A stretch of DNA of 38,603 nt from Deferrisomatales bacterium (GCA_033551855.1 JAWSUI010000034.1:1-38603); one strand, 5' to 3'. Positions 1-8,290 are shown, numbered from the stretch's first letter. The notes: generated from the letters alone by a model not told the origin. Program-made: numbers and translations.

Positions 1-255
1 GACGTGAAGGCCCTCTCCGCCTGGGGGTACCGGGTGGAGTGGGTGCGGGCGGCCGACATGTTCCCCCAGACGGCTCACCTGGAGGCCGCCGTCCTTCTGC
101 GTCGCGAGGGCTCGCCCGGGGCACGGACGGCCGAGCCGGCCAGAATCCACCACCACTTTGTGGGGCGGAGTCCGGGAGCCCAGGAGTCCGCTTGCGGACC
201 GGCCGGTGGATCCAGGCCGGGGAGGGCCCTTGACAGCACAAACGCCTGCCCGTAG
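1..255 (+). CDS. rlmD: 3' end of 23S rRNA (uracil-5)-methyltransferase, RlmD/TrmA family (partial)
   Basis: The translation contains GYRVEWVRAADMFPQTAHLEAAVLL, the DMFPxTxHxE C-terminal motif of RlmD/RumA/TrmA. The gene is truncated by the window start. Confidence 0.8.
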   Translation, partial: DVKALSAWGYRVEWVRAADMFPQTAHLEAAVLLRREGSPGARTAEPARIHHHFVGRSPGAQESACGPAGGSRPGRALDSTNACP

Positions 256-258
256 GAT
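230..258 (+). promoter_or_regulatory. sigma70-type promoter for the CGNR gene
   Basis: TTGACA (230-235), 17-bp spacer, TAGGAT (253-258). Confidence 0.6.
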
Positions 259-315
259 CGGCTTTCGTTCGATACCCAGAACACTTTTGGTTGCAGACAC
301 CAAAGTCGATACCAT

Positions 316-1437
316 ATGGGTCTCAGCCTGCTCGAATACCGCTATCGCCGTCCGCAGGGACCTCTGGCCTGGGAGGAGGAGCGGGCGCCCCCCGCGCCGT
401 CCGCGCCCTGGTGGAGTGAGACGGTCTGGGTCCGGCCGCCGACCCTCTACGGCGTGCAGATCGTCCCCCGGGGGTGTGCGCCCCTCCCCTCGGCCATCTC
501 CGAGTACCATCGGCAGACCGGCCCCGTGCGCTTCCTGCCCCGGGATCGCCTGGCGCCCCCGCCCGGAGCCCCGGAAGAGCCGCTGCCGGGGGACGCCTTC
601 CTCCAGTTCCTCCACACGGAGACGACGGAGGAGGGGTTGCTGTCCTTCGCGGAGCGGTTCGGGCCCCTCGGCGCCGGCACGGGCGTGGTCTACGCCACCT
701 GGGATGGGGGCCCCGTCGGGGAGCTCCTCGACGCCTGGCGGGCGGAGGTCTGCGCCATGCGCCTGGCCTACGGGCTGGCGGAGCAGGCCCGGCGAGGAGC
801 GTGGGAGGAGCTCGGGGAGCTCCTGGTGCGAACGAGTCGCGAGGAGGACGGACGTGCCGACCACCCCGAGGGCCCGGCCCCGCTCCTGCGGATCGTGCAC
901 CCCGATCTCGAGCCCCTCGAGCTGGAGGCGTCCCTGCTTCACCTCATCGCCTACCCCGCCGGCCCGACCCCTCGGCTCGAGGGGTCGTCCCCGGGATCCC
1001 CGACGGTCCGGCGAGGCCCCGCGGCTCTTCCCCGCCGGCCCACCCGGCAACGGCCGCGGACGGGGGCCGGAGCAGGCACCCACCTGCCCGAGGACCCCCG
1101 GGTGTTGCGGGCCGCGGTCGGCGCCCTGCTGCAGGAGTTGGTGAGGGGCCACCTGGAGGCGGGGATGCCCGCGTGGGTGCTTCCGCCGGAGGACAGGCCC
1201 CGGGCGTCGGAGAACCTCTCCCTGGGGTTGCGGTTGGTGCCCGCAGATCTTCTCCAGGCCCTGTGGGTGCAGTTCGCCCTGGCGCTGAACGGGCACGGGT
1301 GGGTGAAGTGCCGGAACTCCGAGTGCCCCCGGTGGTTTCCCGACGTGGCGCGCCAGGGGCGCCTGCCCAAGGCCTACTGTCGCAACGCCTGCAAGTCGCG
1401 CCACTTCCGCATCCAGCGAGGGGAGTGGGGGAGATAG
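316..1437 (+). CDS. hypothetical protein with C-terminal CGNR-type zinc finger
   Basis: 373 aa. The C-terminus KCRNSECPRWF...KAYCRNACKSRHFR matches the Cx4C...Cx3C CGNR zinc-finger pattern. Confidence 0.65.
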   Translation: MGLSLLEYRYRRPQGPLAWEEERAPPAPSAPWWSETVWVRPPTLYGVQIVPRGCAPLPSAISEYHRQTGPVRFLPRDRLAPPPGAPEEPLPGDAFLQFLHTETTEEGLLSFAERFGPLGAGTGVVYATWDGGPVGELLDAWRAEVCAMRLAYGLAEQARRGAWEELGELLVRTSREEDGRADHPEGPAPLLRIVHPDLEPLELEASLLHLIAYPAGPTPRLEGSSPGSPTVRRGPAALPRRPTRQRPRTGAGAGTHLPEDPRVLRAAVGALLQELVRGHLEAGMPAWVLPPEDRPRASENLSLGLRLVPADLLQALWVQFALALNGHGWVKCRNSECPRWFPDVARQGRLPKAYCRNACKSRHFRIQRGEWGR

Positions 1438-1475
1438 GACAGAGGGAGGGAACAGTCAGGGCGAGTTGTCGGCTT

Positions 1476-1505
1476 TTGACAGGCCGGGCGCCGGGTCCGT
1501 AGACT
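1476..1505 (+). promoter_or_regulatory. sigma70-type promoter for the AEC-aguA-aguB operon
   Basis: TTGACA (1476-1481), 18-bp spacer, TAGACT (1500-1505). A GGAGGAGG RBS precedes the GTG at 1561. Confidence 0.55.
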
Positions 1506-1560
1506 GTCACGCCTTCGCCCCCCAGAGCGCCCCGGCCCGAAACCGCCGGAGGAGGGCTTC

Positions 1561-2472
1561 GTGGAGCCCCTGCTGCGGGTCCTCCCGGTGTTCGCGGTGA
1601 TCCTGCTGGGCCTCGCGGGGCGGCGTTGGGGACTGCTCCCCGACACCTTCCAGGACCCGGCGAACCGCCTGGCCTACTACCTCGCGGTGCCGGCCTTGAT
1701 CTTCCTGACCGTGGCCGCCGCACCCTTTCGGGAGGTCTTCCGCCCGGACTGGATCGCCGCGGCCTTGGGGGCCACGGTCCTGTGCTGGGGGGCAGCCCTC
1801 GTGGTCTCACGCCTCCTCGGCCTTTCGGAGGGGGGGCGGGCGACCTTCGCCCAGGCCTCGATCCACTCCAATTTGGGATACATCGGCCTCGCGGTGGCGT
1901 ACTACGGACTCGGCGACCGGGGCCTCCAGGTGGCCGGCGTCTTCGCGGCGTTCTTCATGCTGCTCAACAACGGGCTCTCGGTGATCGCCCTGACCCGGTA
2001 CGGCCGAGGGGCGCCCAGCGTGTGGGCGCTGGGCCGCCGGGTGGTGTTCCAGCCCGTGATCCTGGCGAGCCTCCTGGGCCTCGCCTGGAGCTGGCTGCGG
2101 CTCCCCCTGCCGGGGCTCGCGTCCGAGACCCTCCGGATCCTGGGGAGCATGGGCCTTCCCCTGGCGCTTCTCCTCATCGGCGCGGGGTTGAGCCTCGAGA
2201 CGCTGCGCCACCCCCTGCCGGTGGCCGCCGTGGTCGGGATCAAGAACCTGGCCCTGCCGGCCCTCGGCGCCCTCTTCCTGACACTGGTCGGGGCGGGAGG
2301 CCTCGAGCGGGCGGCGGCCGTGGTGCTGCTGGGCTCCCCCTCCGCGACCCTCTGCCTCGTCATGGCCCGGGAGATGGGGGGCGACGCGGGCCTCGCGGCC
2401 GCGTCGGTGACGGCGAGCACCCTGGCGAGCGCGGCGACCCTGACCCTGTGCCTGGCGCTGGCCGGCCCGTGA
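1561..2472 (+). CDS. AEC (auxin efflux carrier) family transporter
   Basis: 303 aa with about 10 hydrophobic segments. Motifs NRLAYYLAVPALIF, SNLGYIGL, PLALLLIGAGL and PSA are typical of AEC/Mem_trans proteins. Confidence 0.85.
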   Translation: MEPLLRVLPVFAVILLGLAGRRWGLLPDTFQDPANRLAYYLAVPALIFLTVAAAPFREVFRPDWIAAALGATVLCWGAALVVSRLLGLSEGGRATFAQASIHSNLGYIGLAVAYYGLGDRGLQVAGVFAAFFMLLNNGLSVIALTRYGRGAPSVWALGRRVVFQPVILASLLGLAWSWLRLPLPGLASETLRILGSMGLPLALLLIGAGLSLETLRHPLPVAAVVGIKNLALPALGALFLTLVGAGGLERAAAVVLLGSPSATLCLVMAREMGGDAGLAAASVTASTLASAATLTLCLALAGP

Positions 2473-2491
2473 CCCGGGAGGAAGGAGACCC

Positions 2492-3523
2492 ATGCCGGTG
2501 ACCCGACGCCTGCCCGCCGAGTGGGAAGACCAGGACGGCGTGCTCCTGGCCTGGCCCCACGCGGACACCGACTGGGCGCCGGTCCTGGCGCAGGTCGAAC
2601 CGGTCTTCCAGGAGCTCGCCGCCCGCATCGCCGAGGTCGAGACGCTCGTCGTCGCCGCCGCGGACCCGCACGGGGCCGAGAGGGGCCTCCGGCGCGCCGG
2701 GGTCCCCCGGGACCGGGTCCGCCTCTACCACGTCCCCACCAACGACACCTGGGCCCGGGACTTCGGGCCCCTCACCGTGGAGGTGGACGGCAGGCCCCGG
2801 GTCCTGGACTTCGGGTTCAACGGGTGGGGGCTCAAGTTCGCGGCCGACCTCGACAACCAGGTGACCCGGCGCCTGTGGGCGGACGGCGCCTTCGGAGCCA
2901 CTCCCCTGGAGACGGTGGGCCTCGTCCTGGAGGGGGGGAGTGTGGAGAGCGACGGGGCAGGCACCCTCCTGACCACCGCCGCCTGCCTCCTCAGCCCCAA
3001 CCGAAACCCCCACCTGGACCGGAGGGGGGTGGAGGAAGCCCTCGGCCGACACTTGGGGGCCGAGCGGGTTCTCTGGCTCGAGCACGGCCGCCTCGCCGGG
3101 GACGACACCGATGCCCACGTGGACACCCTGGCCCGCCTGGCGCCGGGCGACGCCGTCCTGTATGTTTCCTGCGACGACCCCACCGACGAGCACTTCGCCC
3201 CCCTGGCGGCGATGGCGGAAGAGCTGCGGGACCTGCGCACCCGCGCGGGCCGGCCCTACCGGCTGGTGCCCCTGCCCTGGCCGCAGGCGCGGTTCGACGA
3301 GGAGGGCCGGCGGCTCCCGGCCACCTACGCCAACTTCCTCGTCGTCAACGGGGCCGTCCTGGTCCCCACCTACGGCGACCCCCGGGACGCCGAAGCCCTG
3401 GCTGCGGTGGCGGAGGCCTTTCCCGGACGGCGGGTCACGGGGGTCGATTGCTCGCCCCTCCTCCTCCAGCACGGCTCGCTGCACTGCGTGACCCTGCAAC
3501 TGCCCCGAGGAGCGCTCCCGTGA
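2492..3523 (+). CDS. aguA: agmatine deiminase / PPAD family protein
   Basis: Motifs RLPAEWE, DTWARDFGP, FNGWG, LEGGSVESDG, DDTDAHVD, ATYANF and GSLHC (catalytic Cys). Confidence 0.9.
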   Translation: MPVTRRLPAEWEDQDGVLLAWPHADTDWAPVLAQVEPVFQELAARIAEVETLVVAAADPHGAERGLRRAGVPRDRVRLYHVPTNDTWARDFGPLTVEVDGRPRVLDFGFNGWGLKFAADLDNQVTRRLWADGAFGATPLETVGLVLEGGSVESDGAGTLLTTAACLLSPNRNPHLDRRGVEEALGRHLGAERVLWLEHGRLAGDDTDAHVDTLARLAPGDAVLYVSCDDPTDEHFAPLAAMAEELRDLRTRAGRPYRLVPLPWPQARFDEEGRRLPATYANFLVVNGAVLVPTYGDPRDAEALAAVAEAFPGRRVTGVDCSPLLLQHGSLHCVTLQLPRGALP

Positions 3524-4446
3524 GAGAGACCGACACAACCCCCAGCGGCCCGACCGGCCCGGCCCGAGCCCTTTCCGTCGGACTCGTCCAGCAGCGCTGC
3601 CCGGCGCCGCGGAAGGAGAGTCTGGGAATCTCGGAGAAGGGGCTCCGGGCGGCCGCCGCCCACGGCGCCCGCCTGGTCGTCCTCCCCGAGATCCACGCCG
3701 GCCCCTACTTCTGCCAGACGGAGGACCCGGCGCAGTTCGACCGGGCGGAGCCGGTCCCGGGGCCCACGACCGAGCGCCTCGGCGCCCTGGCCCGGGAGCT
3801 CGGGGTCGTGGTGGTGGCGTCGGTCTTCGAGCGACGGGCCCCGGGCGTGTACCACAACACCGCAGCCGTCCTGGAGCGCGACGGCTCCCTGGCCGGTGTG
3901 TACCGGAAGATGCACATCCCCGACGACCCGGGGTTCTACGAGAAGTTCTACTTCACCCCCGGCGACCTGGGGTTCGAGCCCATCCCGACCTCGGTGGGGA
4001 GGCTCGGCGTGCTGGTGTGCTGGGACCAGTGGTACCCCGAGGCCGCCCGACTCATGGCCCTGGCCGGGGCCGAGCTCCTGGTCTACCCCACCGCCATCGG
4101 CTGGGACCCCCGCGACCCCGACGACGAGCGCGCCCGCCAGCGCGACGCGTGGCTCATCGTGCAGCGCGCCCACGCGGTGGCCAACGGGGTCCCGCTGGTT
4201 GCCGTGAACCGCGTCGGCTTCGAGGGGAGCCCAGCCCGCGAAGGCGAGGGGATCCACTTCTGGGGGTCGAGCTTCGTCGCCGGGTGTCAGGGGGAGATCC
4301 TGGGCCTGGCGGGGTGCGACGACGAGGAAGTGCTGGTCGCCACCATCGACCTCTCCCGCACCGAGACGGTGCGCCGCATCTGGCCCTTCCTCCGGGACCG
4401 GAGGATCGACGCCTACGGGGACCTGCTCAAGCGCTACCGGGACTGA
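3520..4446 (+). CDS. aguB: N-carbamoylputrescine amidase (carbon-nitrogen hydrolase)
   Basis: The GTG start overlaps the aguA stop (GTGA). Nitrilase triad motifs LPE, YRKMHIPDDPGFYEKFYF and VCWDQWYPEAAR, and C-terminal WPFLRDRR. Confidence 0.88.
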   Translation: MRETDTTPSGPTGPARALSVGLVQQRCPAPRKESLGISEKGLRAAAAHGARLVVLPEIHAGPYFCQTEDPAQFDRAEPVPGPTTERLGALARELGVVVVASVFERRAPGVYHNTAAVLERDGSLAGVYRKMHIPDDPGFYEKFYFTPGDLGFEPIPTSVGRLGVLVCWDQWYPEAARLMALAGAELLVYPTAIGWDPRDPDDERARQRDAWLIVQRAHAVANGVPLVAVNRVGFEGSPAREGEGIHFWGSSFVAGCQGEILGLAGCDDEEVLVATIDLSRTETVRRIWPFLRDRRIDAYGDLLKRYRD

Positions 4447-4484
4447 TCCGAGGTCCACTTCGGACCGCCGTGCGGCCGAAAGGA

Positions 4485-4693
4485 GGATCATCCGGGGAAT
4501 GACCGGGTCGTCGTGTCCGGGGACGATCGGGTGGGCCCGACCATGTAGGCGGACGGCCGCTCGACGGGAGCAGCCGCTTCGGGAGTCGCGATGCCGCGAG
4601 GATTCCGGATGCGGCGGGGGAGAACACCTGCCGTGCAGCCCGGCCTCGTCTGCCGGAGTGGGCGGGCCCACCCGGCCGTTTGCCGGAAGAACA
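4485..4693 (+). mobile_element. 209-bp MITE-like element, copy 1
   Basis: About 94% identical to the reverse complement of 31554-31762. Imperfect TIRs GGATCATCCGG.../...CCGGAAGAAC(A). Flanked by cgaaagga (4477-4484) and agaaagga (4694-4701). Confidence 0.85.
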
Positions 4694-4708
4694 AGAAAGG
4701 AGGATCCG

Positions 4709-5502
4709 ATGCATGCCCCGACCATGGGTGCTCCCCGCGAGGTCGCCGCAGGGGTCGTCCTGCTCCCCTCGTACCTGCCGCTGGCGAACCTCGGGGTCTT
4801 GCCGGTGAACGCCTTCCTCCTGCAGGCGGCGGAGCCCGTGCTGCTGGACACCGGGATGGCCCCGGTACGGGAGGGCTTCCTGAGGAGCCTCCGATCGGCA
4901 TCGACCTTGGGGACCTTCGCTGGATCTACATCACCCACGCCGACGCGGACCACGTGGGGAACCTGCAGCCCCTCCTGGCCGAGGCACCGCGGGCCCGGGT
5001 CGTCACGACGTTCTTGGGGCTGGGGAAGATGAACCTGGCGGGGCTGGGGGTGGACCGCTTCCACCTGTTGAACCCGGGCCAGAGCCTCGACGTCGGCGAC
5101 CGGCGCCTCTCGGCCTTCCAGCCGGCCGTCTTCGACGCCCCCGAGACCACCTGTGTCTTCGACGACCGCACGGGGGCCCTGTTCAGCGCCGACTGGTTCG
5201 GCGACCTGCTGCCCCAACCCGCAGAGACCGCGGCCGACGTCCCCGCGGAGGAGCTGCGCGGGGGGCAGCTCTTGTGGGCCACGGTCGATGCCCCGTGGCT
5301 GTCGCTCGTCCGGGAGGGGGACTTCCGGGGCCGCGCAGCCCCCGTCCTGGAGCTCGGGCCGCAACTGGTGCTGGGGGCCCACCTGCCGCCCGCTTCGGGC
5401 CTGCTCGACGCGATGATGGCGAACATCCTGGCAGCTCTCACCGCACCGGCGTTCGTGGGTCCGGACCAGGCCGCGGTCGAGCAGGCCGCGGCGCGAGGCT
5501 GA
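4709..5502 (+). pseudogene. metallo-beta-lactamase-fold (FprA/ODP-like) protein, frameshifted
   Basis: ATG at 4709 follows AGGAGG. The N-terminal part (VNAFLL..EPVLLDTG..FLRSLRS) is in one frame. IDLGDLRWIYITHADADHVGN, FDAPET, LFSADWFG and LGAH continue in another frame from about 4900. Confidence 0.75.
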
Positions 5503-5660
5503 GCCGCGCTCCGAACCCCAGGAATCCGATAACGTATTCAATGGCAATTTCGATAGCTTGCGTGCCTTGACCTCGCTTCATGGATGATTATTTTCGGAGC
5601 GTGCTTTCCACCCAGCCGATCATGGGGATCGACTCCGGAGCGGAAGCGGAGGTGGGTGTC

Positions 5661-6137
5661 ATGACGAGCCTGAGCCTGATTCCGAGGGAGAGGTCTTTCG
5701 AGCCCCTGCGCCGGATGAGCCGCGACATGGACCGGCTCTTCGACGACTTCCTGTCCGATTGGCCGACCGCGATGCCGATGCGGTTCCGTCACGACTGGGG
5801 CGAGTGGCAGAGCTCGCCGCGGGTGGACGTGACCGACCGCGGGTCCGAGTTCGTGCTCCGGGCCGAAGTGCCGGGCTACCGCCGCGAAGACCTGCACGTG
5901 GACGTCGGCGAGAGCTCGGTGAGCCTGCGGGGTGAGCGGAAGGAAGAGCAGGTCGAAGAGGGCGCGTGCTATGTGTGCCGCGAGAGCAGCGTGGGGGCCT
6001 TCGAGCGAACGATCCCGCTGCCGAGCGAGATCCGCACCGAGGGCGTGAGCGCGAAGCTCAAGGACGGCGTGCTGACCCTCACCCTGCCCAAGGTGCACGA
6101 GGAGCACCGCCGGCAGATCGAAGTGAAGGAAGAGTGA
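5661..6137 (+). CDS. Hsp20/alpha-crystallin small heat shock protein
   Basis: GGAGG RBS then ATG at 5661. Motifs MDRLFDDF, PRVDV, AEVPG, GAFERTIPLP and AKLKDGVLTLTLPK. Confidence 0.92.
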   Translation: MTSLSLIPRERSFEPLRRMSRDMDRLFDDFLSDWPTAMPMRFRHDWGEWQSSPRVDVTDRGSEFVLRAEVPGYRREDLHVDVGESSVSLRGERKEEQVEEGACYVCRESSVGAFERTIPLPSEIRTEGVSAKLKDGVLTLTLPKVHEEHRRQIEVKEE

Positions 6138-6161
6138 CCGCGGCAAGCGGTCCGAGGAGAC

Positions 6162-6196
6162 GCCGAAGGGGCCGAAGAGGGCCCCTTCGGCCGTTT
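6162..6196 (+). terminator. hairpin terminator after hsp20
   Basis: 12-bp perfect stem GCCGAAGGGGCC/GGCCCCTTCGGC with a 6-nt loop, followed by CGTTT. Confidence 0.6.
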
Positions 6197-6398
6197 CCCG
6201 GGTGAGCCGGAAATCCCCCTCCGTTCTCGCCCCCCATCGGACATCGACGGGCGAACCCCGATGCGTGGGAACCGCCCGTTCCATGGATCAATCTATCCAA
6301 ACATTCTGAAGCTTATGACGACTTACCTGTCCTGCCGTATGAGGGTTTCCAGGCTTTGCCCAGTCTCGGGACGATCCCCGAGCAACGCGATGAGCCGC

Positions 6399-8087
6399 TC
6401 AGGCGCCCGTCCCCCCGTCGGCGGCCGTGAAGCGGATCTCCGGGCCGCGCCCGCCGGCTTCCCCGCCGCGGCGGACCCGCAGGGAACCGCGCCAGGTGGG
6501 ATCCTGCGCCGGGAACTCGCTTCGGAAGTGGGCGCCCCGGGACTCCTCGCGCCGCTGGGCTGCCTCCAGGAGGAGCCGGCTCACGACGAGGCATGGGGCG
6601 TCTTCCCACCCTCCCCCGGGGATCGAGGCGGCGAGCTCGTGCCAGCGGGCGAGGCCCTCGGCCAACTCCTCGCCCGAGCGGTCGATCCCGGCGGTCTCCC
6701 ACAGGAGCGCACGCACGGCGGCCAGGCGCCCCTTCGCGAGGGCCGGGAAGGTTTCTCGTCCCGGGCTCCGGTCCGAGCCCGGGACCGGGTCGCGGCCGGA
6801 CCCTGCGGGGGGCGCCGTTCCGGCCCACGCCGCCGCCGAGCGGCCGGCGGCCCGGCCGAAGACCAGGGCCTCGGTGAGGGCGTTCCCCCCCAGACGGTTG
6901 GCCCCGTGGACCCCCCCGGTCACCTCCCCCGCCGCGAAGAGCCCAGGCAGGGTCGCCGCCCCGGCTGGGTCCACCGTCACCCCCCCCATGCAGAAGTGGG
7001 CGGCCGGGGACACCCGGATCGGCTGGCGCCGCGGGTCGAGCCCCCGGCGGACCAGGGCGTCCCAGACCTCGGGGTAGGCCCGGAGCACTTCGGGCGCAAC
7101 GGCGGAGAGGTCCAGCCAGACCCCCTCGCCCCCGGGGCCTCCCTCCCCGCGACCCTCGGCCACCTCCCGGAGGATCGCGCGGCTCATGGCGTCGCGGGTG
7201 ACCGTGGCCTCCCCCCCTGGGGCGTGATGGGCCAGGAAGCGCTCCCCCAGGCGGTTTCGGAGCACCGCGCCCTCGGCGAAAAGGGTGGTCGGGATCACCC
7301 CCCGGACGGGCCAGACGGCCACGGTGGGGTGGAACTGGACGAGCTCGAGATCGCGGAGCTCGGCCCCGGCCCGGTAGGCCAGGGCGAGGCCGTCCCCTGT
7401 GACATCGGCGGCGTTGTCGGAGCGGGCGTAGAGACGGCCGGCGCCCCCGGTGGCCAGGACCACGGCCCCCGCGAGGACCGCGAAGGGCCCGCCGGGCCCG
7501 GCGATGCGGGCGCCGTGGACCCTGCCGTCCCGCACCAGGAGCTCCTCGGCCGCCCCGAGGGCGAAGCGCACGCCCTCGGCAGCGGCCGCCGCCGCCACGG
7601 GGCGCGTCAGGGAGAGGCCCCCCACAGTCCACGGGATCCCCTCCCGCCGGGTGGCGATGGTGCGGGGAACCGAGTGCCCCGGGTTGGACCGGAAGCGGAG
7701 GGCGCCGGGTCGCCCCTGCAGCGGGACGCCCAGGGCCTCGAGGAAGGGCACCAGCTGGCGGCTGCCCCGAGCCAGGGCGCGGACCAGGGCCGGGTCCCCG
7801 ATGCCCGCGCCGCCGGCCAGCGTGTCCCGGGCGAAGGACTCCTCTGCGTCGTCCGGGGCGAAGACCCCCGAGAGGTTGCAGGCCGCCAGGAGGGAGTTGC
7901 CGCTCCGGCCCGGCGGGTGCGGGGCCACCAAGAGGACCTCCCGGCCGGCCCGCCGGGCCTCCAGGGCCGCGGCCAGCCCGGCGAGGCCGGCGCCCAGGAC
8001 GAGGACCTCCGCCTCCCGCACCGGGAGCGCCCCCGCCCTTCCCCGGGTCCGGCCCGCGATCCCCAAAGACCAGGAATGCAGAGCCAT
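6399..8087 (-). CDS. FAD-dependent oxidoreductase of the L-aspartate oxidase / fumarate reductase flavoprotein family
   Basis: Motifs GAGLAG, VVLATGG, TGDG, QFHPT, AHFCMGG, GLFAAGE, GVHGANRLGGNAL and REESRGAHFR. Confidence 0.85.
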   Translation of the reverse strand: MALHSWSLGIAGRTRGRAGALPVREAEVLVLGAGLAGLAAALEARRAGREVLLVAPHPPGRSGNSLLAACNLSGVFAPDDAEESFARDTLAGGAGIGDPALVRALARGSRQLVPFLEALGVPLQGRPGALRFRSNPGHSVPRTIATRREGIPWTVGGLSLTRPVAAAAAAEGVRFALGAAEELLVRDGRVHGARIAGPGGPFAVLAGAVVLATGGAGRLYARSDNAADVTGDGLALAYRAGAELRDLELVQFHPTVAVWPVRGVIPTTLFAEGAVLRNRLGERFLAHHAPGGEATVTRDAMSRAILREVAEGRGEGGPGGEGVWLDLSAVAPEVLRAYPEVWDALVRRGLDPRRQPIRVSPAAHFCMGGVTVDPAGAATLPGLFAAGEVTGGVHGANRLGGNALTEALVFGRAAGRSAAAWAGTAPPAGSGRDPVPGSDRSPGRETFPALAKGRLAAVRALLWETAGIDRSGEELAEGLARWHELAASIPGGGWEDAPCLVVSRLLLEAAQRREESRGAHFRSEFPAQDPTWRGSLRVRRGGEAGGRGPEIRFTAADGGTGA

Positions 8088-8290
8088 CGGTCACGTCTCC
8101 GGGCGAGCCGGGGGCCTTCCCGGAGACGGCGCAGGCGGATTCGCCACAACCCTCCGGGTGGGGCTACGCCCTTCCCTTCCGCGGCCGGAAGTCCTCGCCC
8201 CGGCGAGGAGCTCCCGGGATCCTGCGCCGCCGGAGGGGAGGTCCCTGGCCCCCAGGCTGCGCCACGCCCCGCCGCGCGATGGAAGTCCGG

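Noticed and set aside
4485..4693. Repeat interpreted as 6S RNA, SRP RNA or a riboswitch
   Set aside because: No recognisable signature motifs. Two copies with TIRs and distinct TSDs fit a mobile element better, although an Rfam search was not run.
5541..5570. CIRCE or sigma54 site upstream of hsp20 (TGGCAATTTCGATAGCTTGCGTGCC)
   Set aside because: The spacing and half-sites do not fit TTAGCACTC-N9-GAGTGCTAA or GG-N10-GC.
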